64,000 nt of DNA from Longimicrobiales bacterium (GTDB taxonomy: Bacteria; Gemmatimonadota; Gemmatimonadetes; Longimicrobiales; Gaopeijiaceae): the NCBI GenBank assembly GCA_965238005.1, contig OZ250165.1:896001-960000 (forward strand). Reading direction: 5' to 3'. Both the position numbers and the translations under genes were made by a program. The notes under the pieces were generated by a model. That model was not told the DNA's origin. It worked only from the letters and a program-made list of their open reading frames with translations, and searched no databases. Below are positions 49,977 through 59,004 of the stretch, in pieces (position 1 is the stretch's first letter; every line of letters starts with the position of its first letter).

Positions 49977-51323
49977 ATGCGCTTGGTGATCGTAGTGGGC
50001 GGCGGTGAGGTCGGTTTCCACCTCGCCGAACGCCTGTCAGAAGAGACTCAGGACGTCGTGCTGATCGACTCCAGCGCCGAACGCGCCGAGGATGTCGGGA
50101 ATCGGCTCGACATCATGACGGTCGTCGGCAACGGGGCGTCCCTGTCCGCTCTCGAAGAGGCGGGGATAGGCAACGCCAAGATGCTCCTCGCGGTTACGAG
50201 CGTCGATGAAGTGAACCTCATCGCGAGCCTCGCCGCGCGGCGGCTCGGCGTCGAGTACATCGCCGCCCGCATCTCGAGCCCGGAGTACTATCAGCGCAGC
50301 GGTGTGCTCTCCGGCGACGCGCTCGGCATCGACCTCATGATCAACCCCGAGCGCGAGTGCGCCCGGGAGACAGTCGAGCTCATCAGCAGCGAGGTCGCGA
50401 CCGACGTCGCCTCCTTTGCGGGAGGGCGCGTGCGCTTGATCGGTCTCAAGGTCAGAGAGGGTGCGACCGTCGCGGGCAAGTCGTTGAAGCAGCTGGGCGC
50501 CGAGCTCCCTGACCATCATTACGTCACTGCCGCGATTCAGCGGGACAACCAGACCGTTATTCCAGGCGCCGATGATACGATCGAGGTGGGAGACCACATC
50601 TACCTGCTCTCCCCCGAGGGCGAGCTCGAGGACATTCCTAAGCTGGCCGGCTACGAGCCGTTCAAGCTCCAGCGAGCGATGATCGCCGGAGGCAGTCAGG
50701 AGGGCCTTCACATCGCGGAGTCGCTCGCGCAGAACGGCGTCGAGGCGACGATCATCGAGCGCGACCGCAAGCGTTGTCTCGAGCTCGCCGAGGCGCTGCC
50801 CAAGGCGCTCGTTCTGAACGGCGACGCCACCGACCTGGAGCTCCTGGAGATGGAGGGTGTGGCGGGCATGGATGCCTTCGTCGCGAGCACGGGCAACGAT
50901 GAGACGAATCTGCTGACCAGCCTGCTCGCCAAGACCGTTGGCGCCCGCAAGGTGGTGACGCTCATCGACGACTTTTCTTACCTGCAGCTGATTCCGCGCC
51001 TGGACATCGACGCATCGGTGTCACCGCGTCTATCCACCGTCAATGCGATCCTTCGGGACGTGCGCGGGGAGCGCATCACCAGCGTCGCGACGTTGAAGGG
51101 CATCGACGCCGAAGCGATCGAGTTCACTGTAGCGGCAGGATCGGAGATCGTCGGTACACAGTTGCGTGACGTCCACTTTCCGCACGGCAGCATCGTCGGA
51201 ATGCTGGTCCGTGGCGACCAGGTGATCGTGCCCCAGGGAGACACCGAATTCCGTGCTGGCGACATCGTGATCGTGCTCGCACTGCCGACCTGCATTCGCG
51301 ACATCGACAAGCTGTTTGCCTGA
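49977..51323 (+). CDS. trkA: Trk potassium uptake system NAD-binding subunit
   Basis: Two RCK (TrkA_N/TrkA_C) repeats, GGGEVG, DEVNL, INPE, GDATD. Confidence 0.95.
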   Translation: MRLVIVVGGGEVGFHLAERLSEETQDVVLIDSSAERAEDVGNRLDIMTVVGNGASLSALEEAGIGNAKMLLAVTSVDEVNLIASLAARRLGVEYIAARISSPEYYQRSGVLSGDALGIDLMINPERECARETVELISSEVATDVASFAGGRVRLIGLKVREGATVAGKSLKQLGAELPDHHYVTAAIQRDNQTVIPGADDTIEVGDHIYLLSPEGELEDIPKLAGYEPFKLQRAMIAGGSQEGLHIAESLAQNGVEATIIERDRKRCLELAEALPKALVLNGDATDLELLEMEGVAGMDAFVASTGNDETNLLTSLLAKTVGARKVVTLIDDFSYLQLIPRLDIDASVSPRLSTVNAILRDVRGERITSVATLKGIDAEAIEFTVAAGSEIVGTQLRDVHFPHGSIVGMLVRGDQVIVPQGDTEFRAGDIVIVLALPTCIRDIDKLFA

Positions 51324-52825
51324 TGTCCATCCGGCACCTCGTCAACATCGTCGGCCTGCTCCTCGTCTTCGTTTCGATATCGATGGTGGCCACCGGGCTG
51401 GGTGCCTTGTTCTACGAGGACGGAGCCGCCTTCGCGCTCTTCGCCTCCGCAGGCATCACGCTCGTGATAGGCTCCATCGCCTACAGCTTCACGAAGTTCG
51501 AGGGCGAGCTCACGGCCCGTGAGGGCTACGCGATCGTCACCTTCGCGTGGACTGCGATGGCGGTGTCCGGCGCTCTGCCCTACCTGATCTCCGGCACCGT
51601 TGACGGCATCGTGCCCGCGATCTTCGAAGCGATGTCCGGTTTCACGACGACCGGTGCCACCGTGTTCGCCGACGTGGAGGCGCTTCCGGAGGGCATCCTC
51701 TTGTGGCGCTCGGTCACGCACTGGCTGGGCGGCATGGGGATCATCGTGCTGGCCATCGCGATCCTGCCGTATATAGGCGTGGGTGGTATGCAGCTCTTTC
51801 GGGCCGAGGTGCCCGGACCCACCCCCGAGCGTCTACGACCCCGCATCACGCAAACCGCGAAGCTGCTCTGGGGTGTGTACGTGGGGCTCACGGGCGTGCA
51901 GATCGTGCTGTATCTGCTCGGCGGGATGTCACTGTTCGACGCCGTGAACCACGCGTTCGCGACCCTCGCTACCGGGGGCTTCTCGACCAAGAGCGCCTCG
52001 ATCGCCGGCTTCGATTCGGCCTACATCCACTACGTCACGATCATCTTCATGTACGTCGCCGGGGTGAACTTCGCGCTTCACTTCCGGGCCGCCGGAGGAC
52101 GCCTCGAGTACTTCAGGGATCAGGAGTGGCGGTTCTTCACCATGGTGATCGTGGGGGCCGGCCTCTTCCTCATGGTCAGCAACTTGATGGCCGGTACCTA
52201 CGAGCTCACCATGGGCGGGGTGGAGCGCGCGTTCCGTCACGGCATGTTCCAGTCGGTGGCGATAACGACCACGACCGGCTTCGTCTCCGCCGACTTCGAG
52301 ATGTGGGCCCCGGCGGCTCAGGGGCTGCTCGTCACGCTCATGTTCGTGGGCGGCATGGCCGGGTCGACGGGTGGTGGGATGAAGGCGGTCCGGGTGCTCG
52401 TGTTACTCAGGCACACGGCCAATGAGATCCGAAAGCATTTGCACCCGAGGGCGATCCTGATGGTCCGCGTCGGGAGACGCGCCGTGCGAGAGGACGTCCT
52501 GCTCAACATCCTCGGGTTCGTGAGCCTCTACGTGATCCTGGTGCTCTTCGGCGGCATGCTTCTGACCTTCTTCGGCATGGATATCCTCACCGCCGTGGGC
52601 GCCAGTGCCGCGTCGGTCGGAAACATCGGCCCTGGACTCGGTGCTGTGGGCGCGACGGACAACTACGGGTGGATCGCCGACCCGGGGCTGGCCGTGATCA
52701 CCTTCCTCATGCTGGTGGGTCGCCTGGAGATCTACACGGTGTTGCTGCTCTTCCACCCCGACACGTGGAAGCGACAGCACGCCCGGGGCCCGAGCGACGT
52801 ACAGGTCGTACGCCCCTGGAAGTAG
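51323..52825 (+). CDS. trkH: Trk potassium uptake membrane subunit
   Basis: [50 protein letters not shown]. Overlaps the trkA stop. Confidence 0.95.
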   Translation: MSIRHLVNIVGLLLVFVSISMVATGLGALFYEDGAAFALFASAGITLVIGSIAYSFTKFEGELTAREGYAIVTFAWTAMAVSGALPYLISGTVDGIVPAIFEAMSGFTTTGATVFADVEALPEGILLWRSVTHWLGGMGIIVLAIAILPYIGVGGMQLFRAEVPGPTPERLRPRITQTAKLLWGVYVGLTGVQIVLYLLGGMSLFDAVNHAFATLATGGFSTKSASIAGFDSAYIHYVTIIFMYVAGVNFALHFRAAGGRLEYFRDQEWRFFTMVIVGAGLFLMVSNLMAGTYELTMGGVERAFRHGMFQSVAITTTTGFVSADFEMWAPAAQGLLVTLMFVGGMAGSTGGGMKAVRVLVLLRHTANEIRKHLHPRAILMVRVGRRAVREDVLLNILGFVSLYVILVLFGGMLLTFFGMDILTAVGASAASVGNIGPGLGAVGATDNYGWIADPGLAVITFLMLVGRLEIYTVLLLFHPDTWKRQHARGPSDVQVVRPWK

Positions 52826-52918
52826 GTTATCCCTACCACTTGGGTACTCCGCCACGGAGCTCCGGCAGTGGAAGGTGGTGCGGCTCGAGAACGACTACAT
52901 CGAGGTCTTCGTGCTGCC

Positions 52919-54061
52919 CTAGAAGATGTTGGCCTCCACGGCTAGACCCTCTCCGAAGCGCCCGTGTCGGAACGCGCTCACGTCTACCGTATGGGCCTCT
53001 CCGTCGGCGATGAGCTCCGACACGGCCAAGCCCGTCGCTGGGGCGTGCATGATCCCATGGCCGGAGAAGCCACAGGCGTCGATCCAGGCCCAATCTCCGG
53101 GGTTGCGGCCGATGATCGGGCTGTTGTCGGGGGACACCGCGTAGTATCCCCACCAGCTCCCTTTCCGGTCCACCGCGAGCTCCTCCCACCAGGGATAGCG
53201 AGGCACCCCCGTGAGCAGAACGTGCTCCAACCAGTCCCAGTCCATTCCCTCCGTGAATCCGCACTCCTGATCCAGGTCGTCGAGGCCAAAGAGGACGCGG
53301 TTCCCCTCGCTTCGGAGGTACACGCCCGTGGTCAGGTCGATGGTCAGAGGATAGGTGCGCGGGTCCTCGATCGGAGGGCTCAGAAAGATCTGGATGCGCT
53401 TGGGTCCTACCGGCACCTCGAGGCCGGCGAGCGCGCCCATCTCAGCCGACCACGCTCCTGCGGCGTTGACGACATGCCCGCAGCGAAAGGCGCTATCGCC
53501 GCACCGGACTACCCAACCGGCCTCATCACGCTCGATCTCGGTGATGGGGGAGCTGAGCCGGTACTCCACACCCAGACCCTTTCCCATAGAGACCCACGCG
53601 TGCGTCGCCATGTGAGGATCGACGACGCCGTCCCATGGCCCGTAGGTGGCTCCCGCCAGGCCCTCGGTCTCGAAGCTCACGTAGCGCTGCGCCTCGATGG
53701 GATCGAGGACCTCTACCGGGGCGCCCATGCTCCTCTGCAGCTCGACGGACTCGAGGTGTCGCTCCCACTTCTCGTGGGGCACGAGAAGGAGGTATCCGAT
53801 GTCACGATACCCCACGTCGTGACCGTGCCGCTCAATGAACTCCCGGTAGACTGGGAGGGAGTACATGGACAGCCGGATGTTGGCCTCGGTGGTGAACTGC
53901 ACCCGCACACCGGCGGCGCTCCTCCCGGTGGAGCCCATGGCCGGAGCGACTTCCTTTTCGAGGACGATCACGCTCAGGCCCCGGGAGGCCAGGTGCCAGG
54001 CGGAGGAGGCCCCGACGATTCCGGCGCCGATGACGACGACGTCCGCTATCGTGTCGCTCAA
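52919..54061 (-). CDS. FAD-dependent oxidoreductase (sarcosine oxidase beta/DAO family)
   Basis: GAGIVG, STGRSAAGVR, SPDNSPIIG, GFSGHGIMHAP. TTG start. Confidence 0.9.
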   Translation of the reverse strand: MSDTIADVVVIGAGIVGASSAWHLASRGLSVIVLEKEVAPAMGSTGRSAAGVRVQFTTEANIRLSMYSLPVYREFIERHGHDVGYRDIGYLLLVPHEKWERHLESVELQRSMGAPVEVLDPIEAQRYVSFETEGLAGATYGPWDGVVDPHMATHAWVSMGKGLGVEYRLSSPITEIERDEAGWVVRCGDSAFRCGHVVNAAGAWSAEMGALAGLEVPVGPKRIQIFLSPPIEDPRTYPLTIDLTTGVYLRSEGNRVLFGLDDLDQECGFTEGMDWDWLEHVLLTGVPRYPWWEELAVDRKGSWWGYYAVSPDNSPIIGRNPGDWAWIDACGFSGHGIMHAPATGLAVSELIADGEAHTVDVSAFRHGRFGEGLAVEANIF

Positions 54062-54095
54062 CGGGTTCCGAGGAGCCTACTCCCCGCCCCCCCGA

Positions 54096-55193
54096 TTACC
54101 GGCCGTCGTTCCTCTCGTACCTCACGAGTTGCTGGGGTCCGACCTCCGCGCCATAGATGATGCCGTTGGCGTCGACCGCGACGCCCTCGGCCGCGCTCGT
54201 GGCCTGGGGCTCCGCTACGGGATCCGGAATGAAGTACAGAACCTGGCCCGTTATGGCGTTGCCGACCCGGATACCGCGCCGCCAACCGGGATTGCTGGTC
54301 GGGCTCGACTCGGAGTCGGCGCCGTAGAGGAGGTCGTTGTCATCGATGTAGATGCCGCTCAGGCGGCCGAACTGGTACCACTCGTCGATGAAGTGGCCTT
54401 CCTGGTCGAAGATCTGGATGCGCGCGTTCCCGCGATCGGCTACGAAGAGGCGTCCCCGGGAGTCGAAGGCCAGGCCGTGCGGCGTCCGGAAGTCGCCCGG
54501 CGCCGCGCCGATTCTGCCCCAGGACTCGAGGAAGTTGCCCTCCGAGTCGAACTTGGCGATCCGGGACGTGGTGTTCGCGTTCGCATTGGCGCTTTGACCA
54601 TCGTGTCCGTCGGCCACGTAGATGTCGCCGTTAGGCGCCGTGATGACGTCGCTCGGCTGATCGAGGAGGGCGCCCTTGCCGTCACCGGCGACGCCGGGCG
54701 TGCCCAGCGTCATGAGGAGCTCGCCTGTCGGGCTGAACTTCATGACGGTGTGTCCCTTGCCGGCCTCGCCCGGGTACTGCTCAAGCTCTTCGGCATTGGC
54801 CGCGCGGGCGTCCGTGATCCACACGTTGCCGTCGTCGTCCACATGGATCCCATGGGGCCAGAGGATCATCCCCCCGCCGAAGCTCGTGATGAGGTTTCCG
54901 TCGGTGTCGTACTTGAGGATGGGATCGGCGGTCGATCCGGCACAGCTGTTGGCCCCGCACCGATCCGCGACCCAGATCGAGGTGCCGTCCGGGTCGATGT
55001 CGACCGCGCTGGTCGAGCCCCACTCCCGTCCATCCGGCAGCACGAAGTAGTCGTTGATGGTGGTATACGGATTGGGGTGGTGGTTGGTGGGCTCGGTCAC
55101 GGGCTGCGCGGACGCAGGCACCACTCCTCCGAGCAGGACGATGGCCGCGAAGGTGGCGGTCGACGCGGGCTGGGCGAAACGTCGGTGCGACAT
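54096..55193 (-). CDS. Secreted NHL-repeat protein, peptidyl-alpha-hydroxyglycine alpha-amidating lyase (PAL)-like
   Basis: Signal peptide, WPHGIHVD, YVADGH, RTPHGLAFD, VADRGNARIQIFD. Confidence 0.8.
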   Translation of the reverse strand: MSHRRFAQPASTATFAAIVLLGGVVPASAQPVTEPTNHHPNPYTTINDYFVLPDGREWGSTSAVDIDPDGTSIWVADRCGANSCAGSTADPILKYDTDGNLITSFGGGMILWPHGIHVDDDGNVWITDARAANAEELEQYPGEAGKGHTVMKFSPTGELLMTLGTPGVAGDGKGALLDQPSDVITAPNGDIYVADGHDGQSANANANTTSRIAKFDSEGNFLESWGRIGAAPGDFRTPHGLAFDSRGRLFVADRGNARIQIFDQEGHFIDEWYQFGRLSGIYIDDNDLLYGADSESSPTSNPGWRRGIRVGNAITGQVLYFIPDPVAEPQATSAAEGVAVDANGIIYGAEVGPQQLVRYERNDGR

Positions 55194-55376
55194 AGCTCTA
55201 CTCCCTGATTACCGGACCTAGGAAATCCATCACTAGCGGGGTCGACGTGGCCACCAAGATGCATCTCACTGGTACGGAGCCACAAGCATGGCACCACCCG
55301 GCCCGACTGACTACCATCTCCCTTCGACTGTGCAGGACACGGCACGTACGAGAACCACCCTAGTCAGGAGGTCCCC

Positions 55377-58043
55377 ATGCACCGGGCAGCAACCCCGCTC
55401 CTCAGTATCTGCGCGTTCGTCTTCTTCCTCGCCACTCCGACAACGGCATACGCCCAAGGGGGTCGGGACGGAGATGACGCTCCAAGTGGTCCGCCGCCGT
55501 CCATCGAGGACAAGACGGAGGGCATGCAGAAGATCGATGGCTTCATGCCGCTCTACTGGGAGGAGTCCGCCGGCAGGATCTGGATGGAGATCTCCCGGTG
55601 GGACACCGATCTGATGCACATGGCCGGGGTCGGCGCCGGGTTGGGCTCCAACGACCTCGGCATCGACCGGGGGTCAGGCGGCAACTCCCGCGCCGTGCGC
55701 TTCCACCGGGTGGGCCCCAAGGTCCTGATGGTTCAACCCAACTACCGCTTCCGTGCATTGTCGACCAACCCCAGCGAGGTGGAGGCCGTAGAGGATGCTT
55801 TTGCCCCCGCTACGCTCTATGGCTTCACGGTCGCCGCCGTGACGGGCGAGCGGGTCCTCGTGGATGCCACCGACTTCTTGATACGGGACGTCGACAACGT
55901 CGGGCGGAGGATGCGGCCCGGCACGTACCGGGTCGACCCCGGCCGGAGCGCCATCTACATACCCATGACCATGGGCTTCCCGGAGAACACCGAGATCGAG
56001 GTCTCGCTGACCTTCGCGCTGCAGCCGGGCGGGCCGAGTCGTGGCGGCGGATTCGGAGGAGGAGGCGACGCCGATGGCTTCCAAGGCGTGGGTGACGTCG
56101 CCGCCAGCGCCGAGGCGCCCACGATCCGTGTCCATCACTCTTTCATCAAGCTCCCGGAGCTCGGCACCTACCAGCCCCGCTTGTCCGATCCGCGGGCCGG
56201 GTTCGGCGGCTTGACCTACCAGGACTACTCGGCACCGCTGGGCGAGCCCATGACGAAGCGCTTCGTCCGCCGGCACCGCCTGCAGAAGCGGAATCCATCG
56301 CAGGCGGTGAGCGAGCCCGTGGAGCCCATCGTCTACTACCTCGACCCCGGGACGCCAGAGCCGATTCGCTCCGCGCTGCTGGAGGGAGCCGCTTGGTGGG
56401 ATCAAGCTTTCCAGGAGGCGGGCTTCCGCAACGGCTTCCGTGTGGAGCTCCGGCCTACGGGGATCAGCTCACACGACGTCCGCTACAACGTGATCAACTG
56501 GGTGCACCGGTCGACGCGGGGTTGGAGCTCGGGAGGGTCGGTCACGGACCCCCGCACGGGCGAGATCCTCAAAGGGAGGGTGACGCTCGGATCGCTCCGC
56601 ATCCGTCAGGACTACATGATCGCCGAGGGGCTGTTGGCCCCCTACGAGAATGGCGACGAGACGCCGCCCGAGCTCGCCGAGTGGGCTCTAGCCCGTATCA
56701 GTCAGCTCAGCGCCCACGAGGTGGGCCACACCCTGGGCCTCGGACACAACTACTACAACAGCGAGGCGGGCCGGATCTCTGTGATGGACTATCCCCATCC
56801 CCTCGTGACGCTGGAAGACGGGCGCCTCGACTACTCCGGCGTGTACGAAGCCGAGATCGGCGAGTGGGACAAGGTGGCAATCGCTTACGGATATTCGGTC
56901 TACGCGGACGAGGCCGAGGCACCCCAGGCGCTCCGGAAGATTCTGAACGACGCCTGGGCTCGTGACATCCGTTACCTCTCCAATCAGGACATGTCGGCGA
57001 ACGCGCGGGTCGATCAGTGGGCCAACGGTATGGATCCGAGCGCCGACCTCTACGGCATCATGGAGGTGCGCCGCTTCGCCCTCGATCGATTCGGTGAGCG
57101 CGCCATCAAGAAGGACAGGCCCATGGCCACCATGGAGGAGGTTCTGGTCCCGCTCTACATGCACCACCGCTACCAGGTGAGTTCGACGGCCTCTGCGGTG
57201 GGCGGCCTGCACTACATCTACGCCTTCCGCGGTGACGGACGTACTCCGGTGGAGCTCGTGCCCGCAACGGACCAGCGCGCGGCGATCCAGTCCCTGTTGG
57301 CGACCCTGGACCCGTCGGCTCTCGCCATCCCCCGGAGTGTGCTCGCCTCCTTGCCGCCCCGTCCGTCGGGCTACGGCCGCACCAGAGAGCTGTTCCCCCG
57401 ATACACGGGCGTCATGTTCGACGCGATCTCTCCGGCGGTCGTGGCGTCCGACCACACTATCTCTGAGCTCCTGCAGCCCGACCGGGCCGCGCGACTGGTG
57501 GAACAGCACGCCCTCGATCCGTCTCTGCCCGGTCTCGAGGACGTGATCACAGGGTTGCTCGGGACCACCGCGGCCGACGCCGGGGACTCTCCCTACGAGG
57601 CCGAGATACGGAGGGCCGTGCGCCGAGTTGCGATCGATCGACTGATGGCCCTCGCGGGTGGGGCTTCCATGCCCCAGGTCAGAGCTCTCGCGAACGCTTA
57701 TTTGGAGCGGGCGCGCTATCGGATCGATGAGCGGAGCGAAGGGGTGGCGAGCGGTAGCGGCCCTGTCGACCCCCAGCTCGCGAGTGATCGTCTGATCGCC
57801 CTCGACATCGGCCGGTTCCTCGATCGACCCGGAGAGTCCTACGGCTTGCAGTCGGCTCCGGGCGCGCCGCCGGGGGCCCCGATCGGAATGCCGGCGATGG
57901 ACTTCCTCGGTAGCTCAGCGTCGGCCGGTTGGGGTCTGACTCGGCCAGGGCGAACCTGGCAGGCCAGCGGTCCGAGCGGCCTCCCGTTCGGGGTGGGTTG
58001 GCTCGACCAGGTGGAGCCGTACTGTTCGCATGAAGGATGGTAG
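55377..58043 (+). CDS. Zinc-dependent metalloprotease (DUF5117/DUF4953 metzincin)
   Basis: HEVGHTLGLGHN, Met-turn SVMDYP, DPRTGEIL, signal peptide, AGGAGG RBS. Confidence 0.9.
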   Translation: MHRAATPLLSICAFVFFLATPTTAYAQGGRDGDDAPSGPPPSIEDKTEGMQKIDGFMPLYWEESAGRIWMEISRWDTDLMHMAGVGAGLGSNDLGIDRGSGGNSRAVRFHRVGPKVLMVQPNYRFRALSTNPSEVEAVEDAFAPATLYGFTVAAVTGERVLVDATDFLIRDVDNVGRRMRPGTYRVDPGRSAIYIPMTMGFPENTEIEVSLTFALQPGGPSRGGGFGGGGDADGFQGVGDVAASAEAPTIRVHHSFIKLPELGTYQPRLSDPRAGFGGLTYQDYSAPLGEPMTKRFVRRHRLQKRNPSQAVSEPVEPIVYYLDPGTPEPIRSALLEGAAWWDQAFQEAGFRNGFRVELRPTGISSHDVRYNVINWVHRSTRGWSSGGSVTDPRTGEILKGRVTLGSLRIRQDYMIAEGLLAPYENGDETPPELAEWALARISQLSAHEVGHTLGLGHNYYNSEAGRISVMDYPHPLVTLEDGRLDYSGVYEAEIGEWDKVAIAYGYSVYADEAEAPQALRKILNDAWARDIRYLSNQDMSANARVDQWANGMDPSADLYGIMEVRRFALDRFGERAIKKDRPMATMEEVLVPLYMHHRYQVSSTASAVGGLHYIYAFRGDGRTPVELVPATDQRAAIQSLLATLDPSALAIPRSVLASLPPRPSGYGRTRELFPRYTGVMFDAISPAVVASDHTISELLQPDRAARLVEQHALDPSLPGLEDVITGLLGTTAADAGDSPYEAEIRRAVRRVAIDRLMALAGGASMPQVRALANAYLERARYRIDERSEGVASGSGPVDPQLASDRLIALDIGRFLDRPGESYGLQSAPGAPPGAPIGMPAMDFLGSSASAGWGLTRPGRTWQASGPSGLPFGVGWLDQVEPYCSHEGW

Positions 58044-58078
58044 ACAGTGCGCGTGCCTCTCGACCTGAAAGACCCGTA

Positions 58079-58171
58079 ATGACCGAGAATCAAGCAAAGA
58101 AGCTTTCCGCATTGACGGTGCTGCTCGTGGTAGGCTGCACGAGCTACAAATGGCCGGGGCCCGAGCCGTGA
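58079..58171 (+). pseudogene. 30-aa ORF consisting of a lipoprotein signal peptide (remnant or mini-lipoprotein)
   Basis: MTENQAKKLSALTVLLVVGCTSYKWPGPEP*, lipobox VVGC. Confidence 0.4.
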
Positions 58172-58243
58172 CCCTCGAGCAGTTCTCTTCGGATGTTCCG
58201 AAGGAGGGGTTGGGTCTAACCCCCCTGACGTCGTCCTGACCAG

Positions 58244-58765
58244 TTGCACCTCCCCATCCGGAGACGGCTCATCCTCACCGACGATCAGACTCCCGGACCG
58301 CCCGAGATTCGCGTCGACGGGCTCGCGCTCCGCTTCGGGGGAGTGACGGCTCTCGACGACGTCACCCTGACGCTTCGTCGTGGCCCCCTTCAGGCGCTGA
58401 TCGGTCCCAACGGTGCGGGCAAGACAAGCCTCCTCAACTGTCTGTGTGGGCTGTACCGACCCCAGGAGGGCACGATCACGCTCACGGACGGTCAGGGCCG
58501 GGCGCATCGTATCGACCGCCTCGCACCGCACCGGATCGCCAGGCTGGGGATCGCCCGTACGTTCCAAAACATCGAGCTATTCAAGCACATGACGGTGCTG
58601 GAGAACCTGATGCTCGGCCGGCACGTCCACATGGGAGGCAGCGTCCTGAGTTGCGGTCTCTACTGGGGGCGCCAGCAGGCGCGGGAGATCGAGCATCGGG
58701 AGGAGGTGGAGCGGATCATCGACTTTCTGGAGCTCCAGTCCATGAGGCGAAGCCGTGTGGGCAAG
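58244..58765 (+). pseudogene. Truncated LivG-like ABC ATPase
   Basis: FGGVTAL, GPNGAGKT, ARTFQNIELF. Homology stops at MRRSRVG, before the signature motif and Walker B. No permease genes nearby. Confidence 0.8.
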
Positions 58766-58849
58766 GGCGATGTTGGCGACCACCCACAAACTAGACGTAG
58801 AAGCCGATCTGAGTGGACAGGCAGAACGTGGCGATGGAGCCCGACACTA

Positions 58850-58935
58850 TGAGCGACGCGACGGCACATTCTTGATCGAGAACGGCCGGATCAGTCGCCC
58901 GGTGACCAACTTCCGCTTCAGCCGATCCATGGTGT
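58850..58935 (+). pseudogene. TldD/PmbA-family C-terminal fragment
   Basis: RDGTFLIENGRISRPVTNFRF matches the conserved TldD/PmbA C-terminal segment. Confidence 0.6.
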
Positions 58936-59004
58936 TAGAGTGCGTGCCGGAGTCCCGGCGGTCGTGACAGACCGGTCGGGGTTTAACGTTTAGATTCCTC
59001 CGCC

